DNA of 64,000 nt from Octopus sinensis (GCF_006345805.1 NC_043024.1:19034001-19098000), one strand, 5' to 3'; shown: positions 48,483 to 61,499, counted from the first letter of the stretch. Notes: a model not told the origin generated them from the sequence alone. Translations and numbers: made by a program.

Positions 48483-49756
48483 TATCATCATCATTATTGA
48501 CAATCATCATCATCATCAACATCATTATCATCATCATCATGATCATCATCATCATCATCATCAACATCATTATCATCATCATTATTGACATCATCATCAT
48601 CATCATCAACATCATTATCATCATCATCATGATCATGATCATCATCATCATCAACATCATTATCATCATCATTATTGACATCATCATCATCATCATCAAC
48701 ATCATCATCATCAACATCATGATCATCAACATCATCATCATCAACATCATTATCATCATCATTATTGACATCATCATCATCATCAACATCATTATCATCA
48801 TCATCATGATCATCAACATCATCATCATCAACATCATTATCATCAACATCATTATCATCATCATCATCATCAACATCATCATCATCAACATCATCATCAT
48901 CAACATCATCATCATCATCATCAACATCATTATCATCATCATCATCATTATCAACATCATTATCATCATCATCATCATCATCATCAACATCATTATCATC
49001 ATCATTATTGACATCATCATCATCATCATCAACATCATCATCATCAACATCATGATCATCAACATCATCATCATCAACATCATTATCATCATCATTATTG
49101 ACATCATCATCATCATCATCAACATCATTATCATCATCATCATGATCATCAACATCATCATCATCAACATCATTATCATCAACATCATCATCATCAACAT
49201 CATCATCATCAACATCATCATCATCAACATCATCATCATCATCATCAACATCATTATCATCATCATCATCATTATCAACATCATTATCATCATCATCATC
49301 ATCATCATCAACATCATCATCATCATCATTATCATCATCATTATCATCATCAACATCATCATCATCATCATCGTCATCATCATCAACATCATCATCATCA
49401 TCATTATCATCATCATTATCATCATCAACATCATCATCATCATCATCATCATCAACATCATCATCATCATCATTATCATCATCATTATCATCATCAACAT
49501 CATCATCATCATCATCGTCATCATCATCAACGTCATCATCATCATCATCAACATCATTATCATCATCATCATCATCATCAACATCATTATCATCATCATT
49601 ATTGACATCATCATCATCATCATCATCATCATTATCATCATCATTATCATCATCAACATCATCATCATCATCATCGTCATCATCATCAACGTCATCATCA
49701 TCATCATTATTGACATCATCATCATCATCATCAACATCATTATCATCATCATCATG

Positions 49757-49793
<37 letters not shown>

Positions 49794-49803
49794 ACATCAT
49801 TGT
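47793..49803. repeat. 2-kb (ATC)n tract with higher-order periodicity
   Basis: Recurrent ATTATTGAC...AAC...ATGATC blocks. Confidence 0.95.
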
Positions 49804-50053
49804 TGTCTAAACTTTGAAAACTGGGCACAAATCAGGAGACTTTTTCTACTTTATCTTTTGTTAACATTTTCTTGTTTGTTTTGTTCTTATTTTTTTGCAT
49901 TTGTTTATGTATTTGTTTCGTTTTTGTGATTGAAATTAATTCCTTCAAGACACACAGACACACAGGATTCTATTGATTGTTCCGCATCTAACATCATTTC
50001 TTACTATTTACACAGCAAATTGAAATATTGACGTATTTCACAAATTACTTCTT

Positions 50054-50102
<49 letters not shown>

Positions 50103-50367
50103 GCTACTACTACTACTATCTTGTCTTGAACTTGAGGATCTGACAAAGCTTGTGGAGGTCAGAGATTCCTGATGAGGTATGGTGAAATACATCGCATCTC
50201 CGATAATGATCACACGAAGACGAAGAAAACCATTATGGCACCATCGCTGAACTCTAAACCATCATCATCATGATCCTCATTGTTATTATCATCTGAATCC
50301 TCCACCTCCTCCTCATCCTCCTCCTCCTCCTCCTCATCATCATCATCATCACTGCCATTATCATTAT

Positions 50368-50782
50368 CTTATTTCTTTACTACCCACAAGGGGCTAAACA
50401 CAGAGAGGACAAACAAGGACAGACAAACGGATTAAGTCGATTATATCGACCCCAGTGCATAACTGGTACTTATTCAATCGACCCCGAAAGGATGAAAGGC
50501 AAAGTCGACCTCGGCGGAATTTGAACTCAGAAAGTAGTGGCAGACAAAATACCTATTTCTTTACTACCCACAAGGGGCTAAACATAGAGGGAGCAAACAA
50601 GGACAGACAAACGGATTAAATCGATTATATTGACACCAGTGCATAACTGGTACTTATTTAATCAACCCCAAAAGGATGAAAGGCAAAGTCGGCCTTGGGA
50701 GAATTTGAACTCAGAATGTAGTGGCAGATGAAATACCGATAAGCATTTCGCCCAACGTGCTAACGATCCTGCCAGCTCGTAC
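50368..50782 (-). mobile_element. SINE family B head-to-tail dimer
   Basis: Full copy plus head-less copy. Confidence 0.85.
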
Positions 50783-51537
50783 TGCCATTATCATTATTAT
50801 CATCATTATCATGACCATCATCATCATCCTCATCATGGCCATCATCATCATCATCATTATCACCATCATCATCCTCAACATCATCACCAATATCATCTTC
50901 ATCATTATTGTCATCATCATCATCATCATTACCATCAATTGATTTATAACCACTTTCTATCTTGGCTTGGGTTTGATGTTTCAATAGGGTCTTACAGATC
51001 AGAGGACCACAGCTTACTTCAATATCCCTGCTTCGGTATAGTATCTACAGCTAAAGCAACTCACTTTACAGGGTGTCTGTAGTAGCTTTATGTGAGATGC
51101 CCAGAAGTGAAAGTATGATTGGAGGGTGAGGCTGAGGTTTATTGTTGTTGGAGGAAGTTCATAACTACCTTGTATGAATCAACAACAGTGAACTGGTTAA
51201 GAGATGATAAGCTGAAAGATGTGTGCAAAACACACATACCAGCATGGACACATGCATGCATACCTACAAATACATACATACACATCTATACAGACAAGCA
51301 TGAACATTCAACAACACAGTCCAGACATGAGTATGTGGATATTTTGCATATGTGGATATATGTATCATATGTACAATATATACACACACAGGTGCACATA
51401 CTTATATACATTTACTTATATCTTGTGGAATATATTATGCTGAAAGAAGTAAGAGGTAAAAGAAATGTTGGTGGTAAACATATTGTATAACACTTCCTTA
51501 TCCTTATTCTTCCCAGTTTCTGTATTATCATTGTTTT

Positions 51538-52510
51538 CCACCACCACCACTGCTGCCGCCACCACCGCTGCCATCACTGCTGCCGCTGCCACCACCACCA
51601 TCATGACCACCACCACCACCACTGCCACTGCCACCACTACCACCACTGCCACCACCACCACCACCACCACCACCATCACCTTCACCAGCACCTCCACCAC
51701 CACCACCATCACCTTCACCAGCACCTCCACCACCACCACCACCACCACCACCATCACCTTCACCAGCACCTCCACCACCACCACCACCACCACCACTGCT
51801 GCCGCTGCCACCACCACCACCACTGCCACCACCATCACCATCATAACCACCACCACCACCACTGCCACTGCCACCACTACCACCACTGCCACCACCACCA
51901 CCACCACCACCACCATCACCTCTACCACCACCACCACCACCACCACCATCACCTTCACCAGCACCTCCACCACCACCACCACCACCACCACCACCACTGC
52001 TGCCGCTGCTACCACCACCACTGCTGCCGCTGCCACCACCACCACCACTGCCACCACCACCACCACTGCCACCACCATCACCACCACCACCGCTACCACC
52101 ACTTCCACCACCACCGCCACTTCCACCACCACCACCACCACCACCACCACCGCTACTGCCACTTCCACCACCGCCACCATCACCACCACCAACGCTACCA
52201 CCACTTCCACCACCACCACCGCCACTTCCACCACCACCACCACCACCACCACCACCACCACCACCACCACCACCACCACTTCCACCACCACCGCCACTTC
52301 CACCACCACCACCACCACCACCACCACCACCACCACCACCATCACCACACCACCACCACCACCACCGCTACCACCACCACCTCCCCACCACCGCCACGCC
52401 ACCACCACCACCACCACCACCACCACCACCACCACCACCACCACCACCACCACCACCACCACCACCACCGCTACCACCACCTCCACCACCACCGCCACTG
52501 CCACCAATAA
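51538..52510. repeat. (ACC)n-rich tract
   Basis: Directly visible. Confidence 0.95.
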
Positions 52511-52637
52511 TTCCAGGACCTTTCCAAAATGTAACAATTCCATTCTCTGGAATCTGGTTCACCATTCTCTTATCCCTATTTGTTGCATTTCCTAAATCTT
52601 TGTATTTCCTGTTTCATAAATGAGTTTCTTTGCAAAA

Positions 52638-53340
52638 GGAAAGAGCTCTTTTCTTCTTCTTCTTCTTCTTCTCCTCCTCCTCCTCCTCTTCTTCTTCTTC
52701 TACTTCTTCTTCTTCTCCTTCTCTTCCTCCTCCTTCTTCGTCTTCTTCTTCTTCTTCTTCTCTCTTCCTCCTCCTTCTTTGTCTTCTTCTTCTTCTTCTT
52801 CTTCTTCTTCTTCTTCTCCTTCTCTTCCTCCTCCTTCTTCGTCTTCTTCTTCTTCTTCTTCTCTTCCTCCTCCTTCTTTGTCTTCTTCTTCTTCTTCTAC
52901 TTCTTCTTCTTCTTCTTCTCTTCCTCCTCCTTCTTCGTCTTCTTCTTCTTCTTCTTCTTCTTCTTCTCCTTCTCTTCCTCCTCCTTCTTCGTCTTCTTCT
53001 TCTTCTTCTTCTTCTCTTCCTCCTCCTTCTTTGTCTTCGTCTTCTTCTTCTACTTCTTCTTCTCCTTCTCTTCCTCCTCCTTCTTCGTCTTCTTCTTCTT
53101 CTTCTTCTTCTCTTCCTCCTTCTTCTTCCAATTCTTCCTCACCTTCTTCCCCTTCTCCTTTCCTCCTCCCCCTCCTCCTCTTCCCCTTCTTCCAATGACA
53201 ATGGTGATGACAATGATGATAATGGTGAAGATGGTGACAATAGCAATAATGACGATGATGATAATTATGATGATGGTAATAATGATGATGATGATGGTGA
53301 TGATGATGATGAAGATGAAGGCAACAACGACAACAATGAA
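52638..53340. repeat. (CTT/CCT)n polypyrimidine tract with higher-order unit, then (GAT)n
   Basis: Directly visible. Confidence 0.95.
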
Positions 53341-53619
53341 CCACATACATACTAAATACAGACACATACACACAACTATATACGTACACATACACACTGG
53401 CAGTCAGAAGTCAATGTTTTAAAACTTAAAACTTCAATGGAATCTTTCAGTTACAATCTGTTTTATTTCCTTCTGTTTCAAGTAATTACTGGTATTTAAA
53501 GAAAATAGATTTCTCACTTTTAGATGAGAAGATGTTCACAACAGAACAAAAATTAAAATTAAAGATTTGTGAAGATTCTTGTTTTGGAAGCAAAGGAAGA
53601 ACCATTTTGAAATGACTTA

Positions 53620-53796
53620 TGTATTACCCTGTATGTGTGTGTTTATATATGTATATGTGTGTGTGTGTTTATATATGTATGTGTGTGTGTGCATGTGTGT
53701 GTGTGTGTGTGAATTTATGTATGCATATGTAATATGTGTGATATATATATAATATATATATATATATATAATATATATATTATATATATATGTATG

Positions 53797-53838
<42 letters not shown>

Positions 53839-53894
53839 TATATATATATGTATGTATATATATATATATATAGATATATATATATATATGTATG

Positions 53895-53936
<42 letters not shown>

Positions 53937-54366
53937 ATATATATATATGTATATATTATATACATATGGTTAAAGATACACATACACATGTAGGTACACA
54001 TACATATATGTATATATAAATACACATGCTAACACACATTTGCACACAAACACATATATATAGATAGAGAGAGAACAAGAGAGAAAGAGAGATTGAGAGT
54101 TAAGTGGATAGACAGGTAGATGAAGGTAAGTATGTACGCATATATGTATGCATATATAGTATATACATATATTTATACACATATGTATGTATGTATCTAT
54201 CTATACATACATATATATATATGCATATATAGATGTGTGTGTGTGTGTACGCATATATATCATTTTTATCATCATATTATCATCGTATGTATGTATGTTT
54301 ATATGCTTATGTGCATGCCATGTGTGTGTGTATATCCACATGTGTCTAATAAATGGTACTATGAAA

Positions 54367-54421
<55 letters not shown>

Positions 54422-54470
54422 AACACACACACGTACACAGATACACACACACACTCACACACCCTAGTTG
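53620..54470. repeat. Compound (TA)n/(TG)n/(CA)n microsatellite field
   Basis: Directly visible. Confidence 0.93.
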
Positions 54471-54945
54471 CAGATGTAAATGTAAACTCCAACTATTTAT
54501 TCCACAGATATTATCTCTCCAGCATAAACATGTTATCTTTTGCAACTTTAACCGAAATTGTTTTCATAGAATTAACAATATGTAATCTTCTGATTTCCTG
54601 AGAAATAACATTGATGTCGGAGACAATCATTCTTTCATTGCCGCAGAATTCTTAACGAAATCATATTCACCGATATTTTTTATAAAGAGAAGAACCAAGT
54701 TAAATATTTCTAAAGATTTCGTTGCAAAAAACTGTAAGAATAATCAAAAATTCTCCTGAGAATCTCATGAGAAAATACCATAGATTGAATTGTAGTAATA
54801 AAAATAATACAAAGAATTGTAAATATATATGCATATGTGTATATGTGTGTATAAATGTATATATGTATATATATTCATGTATATGCATATATGTATATAT
54901 ATGTGTATATATGCATATATATGCATGTATATATATATATATACT

Positions 54946-55002
<57 letters not shown>

Positions 55003-55084
55003 AGGTTGTGAGAGGTAATAGTGCCAGTGAGATCCAAAGGTGTCAGGTGATGCTGAATAAGTGCTATAGATAGACCATAGTTAA

Positions 55085-55252
55085 GTTCCATGTATACGAC
55101 GGGCTTCTTTCAGTTTCCGTCTACCAAATCCACTCACAAGGCTTTGGTTGGCCCGAGGCTATAGTAGAAGACACTTTCCAAGGTGCCACGCAGTGGGACT
55201 GAACCCAAAACCATGTGGTTGGTAAGCAAGCTACTTACCACACAGCCACTCC
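55085..55252 (-). mobile_element. SINE family C 5' half
   Basis: Match to family C head. Confidence 0.82.
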
Positions 55253-55339
55253 TAAGCCTATGATCCGTGAAAATTCACGGAAAACATAAAAAATGTAAGC
55301 ATCTGTAAACAACGTACTGGTGCCATGAGAAATGTTTGT

Positions 55340-55495
55340 ATATTATGACCGTCTGTCTTTACGTTCTGAGTTCAAATCATGCTGAGGTTGACTTTACTTT
55401 TCGTCCTTTTGGGGTCGATAAATCAAGTACCAGTTGTTTACTGGGGTCGATCTAATCAAATGGCCCGCTCCCGCCAAAAAATTCAGGCCTAGAAA
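55340..55495 (+). mobile_element. SINE family B' partial
   Basis: Match to family B central domain. Confidence 0.72.
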
Positions 55496-55674
55496 AGTAT
55501 ATTGTGACAGTTACAGAATATAGAAAGTAATGTAACATCAATGACTATATAATCCAACCAAAATATCTCGGTTACACAAACGTAAACAGAATTACTATTT
55601 AACCCTAAAATACATCAAAATACATTCAAAGAACCTTTTTGGTTTAGTGGTAGGGAACGTTTTTCTGGTATTCT

Positions 55675-55923
55675 TTTACTTGATTCAGTCATTTGACGGT
55701 GGCTAAACTGGAGCATCACCCTTTAGTCGAAGAAGTTGACCCCTGGACTTATTCCCTGTAAGCTTGGTGCTTATTCTATCAGTCTCTTCCGCTGAACAGC
55801 TAAATTACAGGGATGCAAACGCACCAACATCGTTGTCAAGCAATGGTGGTGGGACAAACACAGACACAAACACACACACACACATATATATATATACATA
55901 TATATATATACATATATATATAT

Positions 55924-55971
<48 letters not shown>

Positions 55972-56047
55972 ATATTATATACAATATATATATATATATA
56001 CATATATAATATATATATATATATAATATATATATATATATACAATG

Positions 56048-56081
<34 letters not shown>

Positions 56082-56100
56082 TATTATATACATATATATA

Positions 56101-56155
<55 letters not shown>
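55675..56155 (-). mobile_element. SINE family C 3' half with expanded (TA)n
   Basis: Match to family C 3' region. Confidence 0.7.
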
Positions 56156-56158
<3 letters not shown>

Positions 56159-56293
56159 ATGGGTTTGAAGGTAGTGGGGATGCTGGCTGGTGCGAGAGAG
56201 ATCTAGCGTGCCCCTAATCTTAAAGGTGTAATGTGGATGTGTATGATGGAGTAGCTGGTGTGATGGTGATGCTAGCTGGTGCGGTGGTCTTCC

Positions 56294-56850
56294 TCACAGT
56301 ACTTCATGGTAGACAATATTTTGTGTGCATGTCACACCACGTTTTTGGCCTTGTCTGTTATCCCAATTGAGTGTCATAACTCTTACTTTGATATTGTTCA
56401 TAGCTCGTACTCTTGAAAATGCGCAACATATAATTGACCACGAGAAAATACCAGTTGAGACAAATGTATTCCAACTGTTTCAAATGTTTGCCCTTCAGCC
56501 TTATTAATTGTCATTGAATATGCAAGTCGAAGTGGAAATTGAAGTCTGTTTAGTGTGAATGGAATATTTGCATCACTTGGGCTAAGTTTAATTCTGGGAA
56601 TTATAACTGTACGATCTCTGTTGGAGCCGGTTACCAATTATGCCTCTACACAATGTTCATGAAGTCTTTGCACTTTCATGCAAGTTCCATTAAATAATCC
56701 TTGACTGATTGAAAGATTTCGTAGCAGCATTGTTGAGGCGATGAGGAGGCATACCAGGTGGAGTGAGCGAGTTTATGAATTCAAATAGATAGTTCTGAAC
56801 CTCCTCTTCATTATTGTAGGATACTGAATTTGTGCCTAAGAACATTTGGT
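56294..56850 (-). pseudogene. Helitron RepHel PIF1-like helicase C-terminal fragment
   Basis: EFINSLTPPGMPPHRL, MLLRNLSISQGLFNGT, IPRIKL...QFPLRLAYSMTINKAEGQT...GQLYVA, FSR...NIVYHEVL* across frameshifts. Confidence 0.9.
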
Positions 56851-56961
56851 AAGGAAAATAAGAAAAAATAAAAAAATATAATAAATTAAAAATTAAAAGA
56901 AGATAAAACATACGGAAGCTTGTGCAGGAACATAGTAAAAATGTGGATTCTAGCCATGATC

Positions 56962-57392
56962 TTAGGGAGTCCAAAACCGTAACAGATATTTTGTCACATG
57001 TGGACATGATCCAAAAAGTTCAGTTCTTGAATTTAGACATGTAGCAGGGTCCAAGGAACTTTTCCACATGAACCATCTTCCCATATTACAAAGACCCCAC
57101 TTGCCACTACACTTTGGTAAAAGGTTTACACTTGGCTAAGATCTTTCAGTAAATTCTGTAGTTGCCACTTTGTTCTTTTAAGAACCATATATAACTGGAT
57201 AATTTGGTAGTTTTCCATTTATTCCAGTGTCTGAAGTTTAAGGTATGATTGTTGAACCTTGCTTTGAAATTTCTCTCTGTGAGACCCACATATCTCTTTG
57301 ACAAAACTGTGTTATTAGCATTCATAGAAATTACTGTGGCTTCATAAATGATAGCCTCAGTCATACAGGCTCCATTTAGTGGGCAGTATGTA
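56962..57392 (-). pseudogene. Penelope-like GIY-YIG endonuclease fragment (second family)
   Basis: CPLNGAC...IIYEATV...RYVGLTERNFKARFNNH...LSSYIWFLK...LC...LNSRTEL...C.H..KYLL. Confidence 0.82.
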
Positions 57393-57504
57393 TATATCTA
57401 TGTGTGTGTGCATGTGAGTGTGTTTGTACCCCCACCAACGCTGGTGTGTTTATATCCCTGTAACTTAGCAGTTCAGCAAAAGAGAATGGTAGAATAAACA
57501 CAGA

Positions 57505-57700
57505 AATGGCACGTAAAAAGCACTCACTACACTCTCAGAGTGGTTGGCATTAGGAAGGGCATCCAGCTGTAGAAACTCTGCCAGATCAAGATTGTAGCCT
57601 AGTGCAGCCATCTGGTTTGCTAGCCCTCAGTCAAAATCGTCCAACCCATGCTAGCATGGAAAGCAGACGTTAAACGATGATGATGTTGATGATGATGATA
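57505..57700 (+). mobile_element. Family A (RTE 3' UTR copy)
   Basis: Match to family A with (GAT)n tail. Confidence 0.85.
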
Positions 57701-57779
57701 TAGTTGGAATTTACTAAAAAGCAAAAGACAAAGAAACAACAAACAGGTGTATTAGTATAATGCTCGGGGAGGTGGGAAA

Positions 57780-57821
57780 GTCTTTTACATATTGAGCCTA
57801 CGATCTTCAACAGAAGGGAAC
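57780..57821 (-). ncRNA. Degenerate minimal hammerhead-like motif (family H)
   Basis: Minus strand CTGTTGA-AGATC GTAG GCTC-AATA-TG-TA-AAAGAC. Confidence 0.35.
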
Positions 57822-58040
57822 ACAAGAAAATAAACAGAGAGAGAGAATAAAAAAGCTTTAGTGGCTAGCAGTGTGTATTCGCACACAGACACACATGTAT
57901 TATATTTATATATTGTGTATACATGTGTGTGTGAGTATATGGCTATATTTATATACATATATACTTAAACATACACATATATTTATGCATACTTATCTAA
58001 AAACACTCACCTATATATATGCGTATATATATTTATATAT

Positions 58041-58233
58041 ACCAGAGTAAACACATAAATGTGAAACAAGGTGGAAAAAAGAGTACTCAAATACCAGTGG
58101 TAGAGTAATATGCTTTATTTAAAGCAGCAGAAAATTCAACAAAACGTGTTACTCTGAGTTTCCCGTTCCCATTCGTCGGGAACATGAAACTCAGAGTAAC
58201 AGGTTTTGTTGAATTTTCTGCTGCTTAAATAAA

Positions 58234-58234
<1 letters not shown>
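58041..58234 (-). ncRNA. Family E repeat with hammerhead-like motif, folded back on itself
   Basis: Minus copy CCGACGA-ATG GGAA CGG-GAAA-CTC A GAG-TA; inverted repeat 58113-58234 with apex ATTCGTC. Confidence 0.65.
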
Positions 58235-58275
<41 letters not shown>

Positions 58276-58313
58276 ATGTATATATGTATATATATCTATA
58301 TATCTATCTATAT

Positions 58314-58361
<48 letters not shown>

Positions 58362-58861
58362 CAAACACACACACAAGCACAAATATATGTGTGTGTATGG
58401 TGTGTGTTTGTCTATGTGTGCACGTGCATGTGAATATTAATTAGTGTTTCATGTAGACTAAAAGTCATTTGCAGGTATTCTCCAAGACAATCTGTCTCTG
58501 CTAGTACATTAAACTTAATACTATCTCACAACTGAATCAAATTATGATTCCATTTCAACATCTTCGATTTAGTTATAGTGATATCTTTATTGTACTTTCA
58601 ATTTCATAAATGAATTCATTTGAAACCAGTCCCCTTCGCCATCACCTCATGTTCTATTGGCAAATGTCGCCATGTCAACATAAATTACAAACTATTTTCT
58701 AATCACTTCTGCTTACTTTGATCTCAGTGATAATAATACCTATATCCAATTTTTTGTACAAAGTCTTTTTAATCAGTCACAGTACGGTGCTTCTTATCTG
58801 CACTTCTTAGACATGTTAGAAATAGCACTCAGATCTCTCTTAAAACACACCTTCTACTGTC

Positions 58862-59995
58862 TCAGCTGAAACTGGCTCTGGCTCTGAGTACAAATGTCTT
58901 GTTATCATAAGTTTTGAATTAAAATCTTCCACCAAACCTTTGTCACAATGTATGTTCCTAAAACTAGCTTAATAATAACCAAGTAATTTTACTAAATTCT
59001 TTGTTATATTTAAAATTAATTGAAAGAAACACAGAGCATCTCAACAGGAATATGGTAACAAAGGTTTAAAATATATAATAGGGAAACAATTCTTAACGCT
59101 TTTGATACCAACCTGCCTGAAACTGCCTCTGGTTCTGTAGTACAAATGTCTTGTTTTCATAAGTTTTGAAATAAAAACCTTCCACCAAACCTTAGTCACA
59201 AATACTGTTCCTAACACTAGCTGAATGATAACTAAGTTATTTTACTAAATTCTTTGTTATAATTAAAATTAATTGAAAGAAACACACAGCAATTCAGCAG
59301 AAATATGGTAACAAAAGGTTTAAAATATATAATAGAGAAACAATTCTTTTGATACCAACCTGGCTGAAACCGCCTCTGGTTCTGAGTACAAATGTCTTGT
59401 TTTCATAAGTTTTGAATTGAAATCTTCCACCAAACCTTTGTCATAATGTGTTCCTAAAACTAACTGAATGATAACTGAGTAATTTTATTAAATTCTTTAT
59501 TATATTTAAAATTAATTGAAGGAAATACAGAGCATAGGTGCAGGAGTGGCTGTGTGGTAAGTAGCTTGCTAACCAACCACATGGTTCCGGGTTCAGTCCC
59601 ACTGCGTGGCAGCTTGGGCAAGTGTCTTCTGCTATAGCCTCGGCCCGACCAATGCCTTGTGAGTGGATTTGGTAGATGGAAACTGAAAGAAGCCCGTCGT
59701 ATATATGTGTATGTATATATGTGTATGTATATATGTGTATGTATATATGTGTATGTTTGTGTGTTGTGTTTGTCATCCCCCCAACATCACTTGACAATTG
59801 ATGCTGGTTTGTTTACATCCCTGTAACTTAGCGGTTTGGCAAAAGAGACTGATAGAATAAGTGCTGGGCTTACAAAAGAATAAGTCCTGGGGTCGAGTTT
59901 CTCCATTAAAGGCGGTGCTCCAGCATGGCCGCAGTCAAATGTCTGAAACAAGTAAAAGAGTAAAAGAGCATCTCAAAATAAATACAGTAACGGAA
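58862..59995. repeat. Tandem ~250-bp unit x3 (MITE-like, TTAA-bounded), third copy interrupted by a SINE
   Basis: TCTGAGTACAAATGTCTTG near 58883, 59134, 59381; ends TTAACGCTTTTGATACCA and TGGTAACAAAGGTTTAA look like TIRs. Confidence 0.7.
59537..59971 (+). mobile_element. SINE family C with 7-bp TSD AGAGCAT
   Basis: TSD at 59529-59535 and 59965-59971. Confidence 0.88.
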
Positions 59996-60200
59996 GGGTA
60001 AAAAGAAATCCAGGGAACTGTTGAGAAAGCTAGGGTCGGAATGGAATGAGGAATCCTAGTGAGAGAAGTAATCTGTGTTCATAGATAATACTGTAAAAAC
60101 AATTTTTGTCCCTTGGTAGAAACTGTTATTTCCAATTTGTTTATCCCTAGAAAGCATGTAAAATGGTTAATATTTCTTTCAAACTTTGCTTTACTTATAT

Positions 60201-60365
60201 TTATTCAAATCCCAAAGAACTCCTCTATGGCTGTGATACTCCACCACTACTCCTGCTCGCCATCAGAGATGTACATATTGTCAGCTACTAAGGGACATGC
60301 TCAAGTGGTTAAGTTCAAACAATTGACAAGCAGATCTGTAGTATCGAGCAGAATATTTGCTATAA
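60201..60365 (-). mobile_element. Family D 5' fragment
   Basis: Starts at the same TATAGCAAATATTCTGCTC boundary as 22618. Confidence 0.75.
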
Positions 60366-60458
60366 TGATATTTTTTGTCCTTCTGTAGTGACTGTTATTG
60401 TTACTTCCTAATTGCTTACCCCTATATAGTATATAAGAGTAAAGAGTATATATATATA

Positions 60459-61075
60459 CGCAGGAGTGGCTGTGTGGTAAGTAGCTTGCTAACCAACCAC
60501 ATGGTTCCGGGTTCAGTCCCACTGTGTGGCATCTTGGGCAAGTGTCTTCTGCTATAACCTCAGGCCGACCAAAGCCTTGTGAGCGGATTTGGTAGACGGA
60601 AACTGTAAGAAACCTGTTGTATATATGTATGCCGATGCCAGAATCCCCTGGCACCTGTGCCGGTGGCACGTAAAAAGCACCCACTACACTCGCGGAGTGG
60701 TTGGCGTTAGGAAGGGCATCCAGCTGTAGAAACACTGCCAGATCAGACTGGAGCCTGGTGCAGCCCCTAGCTTCCCAGACTCCGGTCGAACTGTCCAACC
60801 CATGCTAGCATGGAAAACGGACGTTAAATGATGATGATGAGGATAATGATGATGATGTGTATATGTTTGTGTGTCTGTGTTTGTCCCTCTAGCATTGCTT
60901 GACAACCGATGCTGGTGTGTTTACGTCCCCGTCACTTAGCGGTTCGGCAAAAGTGACCGATAGAATAAGTACTGGGCTTTCAAAAGAATAAGTCCAGGGG
61001 TCGATTTGCTCGACTAAAGGCGGTACTCCAGCATGGCCGCAGTCAAATGACTGAAACAAGTAAAAGAGTAAGAGT
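60459..61075 (+). mobile_element. SINE family C with nested family A insertion (60631-60856) in its internal microsatellite
   Basis: Both halves of C flank a family A copy with (GAT)n tail. Confidence 0.85.
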
Positions 61076-61178
61076 ATATATAATTTCCCTTATTTTGCAC
61101 CTCAGTGCTGGTTGTGAGGGGAAGGGGTTGGCTTTGCCTGCGCATCATTCTATATTTATTCCATTCTTTTTCTTCTTA

Positions 61179-61219
61179 GTCCTTTCTGCTGAAGAGCATA
61201 GGCTCGAATCATAAAAGAC
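61179..61219 (+). ncRNA. Degenerate minimal hammerhead-like motif (family H)
   Basis: GTCCTTT-CTGCTGA-A GAGC ATAG GCTC-GAAT-CA-TA-AAAGAC. Confidence 0.4.
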
Positions 61220-61499
61220 TTTTCCATTCTTTCGAAGCATTAAACTAATACACTTGCTTGTTGTCCTACACCTGTCTTCATCTTTTGTTTTCTGTAAATT
61301 TATATGTAAATATACATATATATCTACACACGCATGCACGTACACAAACACATGAGGCAATGACAAGTGACTGAGAACTTGGTAATATGTTGTGCTTGAA
61401 AAGTCTCATCAAGCAAAGGGAAACCATAGTCATGACTGTTGTCAGTGTCATGGAAACGGCTCCCATGAAATCGTAGTTATAGCCATTACCAGTATCATG

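Noticed and set aside
50161-50200. CTGATGA...GAAATACATC with a partial GAGATTC/GCATCTC stem I
   Set aside because: Stems II and III cannot form; compatible with chance
53515-53612. DEKMFTTEQK peptide resembling a mariner catalytic motif
   Set aside because: Too short and isolated
56160-56293. Helitron 3' terminus (hairpin plus CTAG)
   Set aside because: CTAG is present but no clear subterminal hairpin or following T
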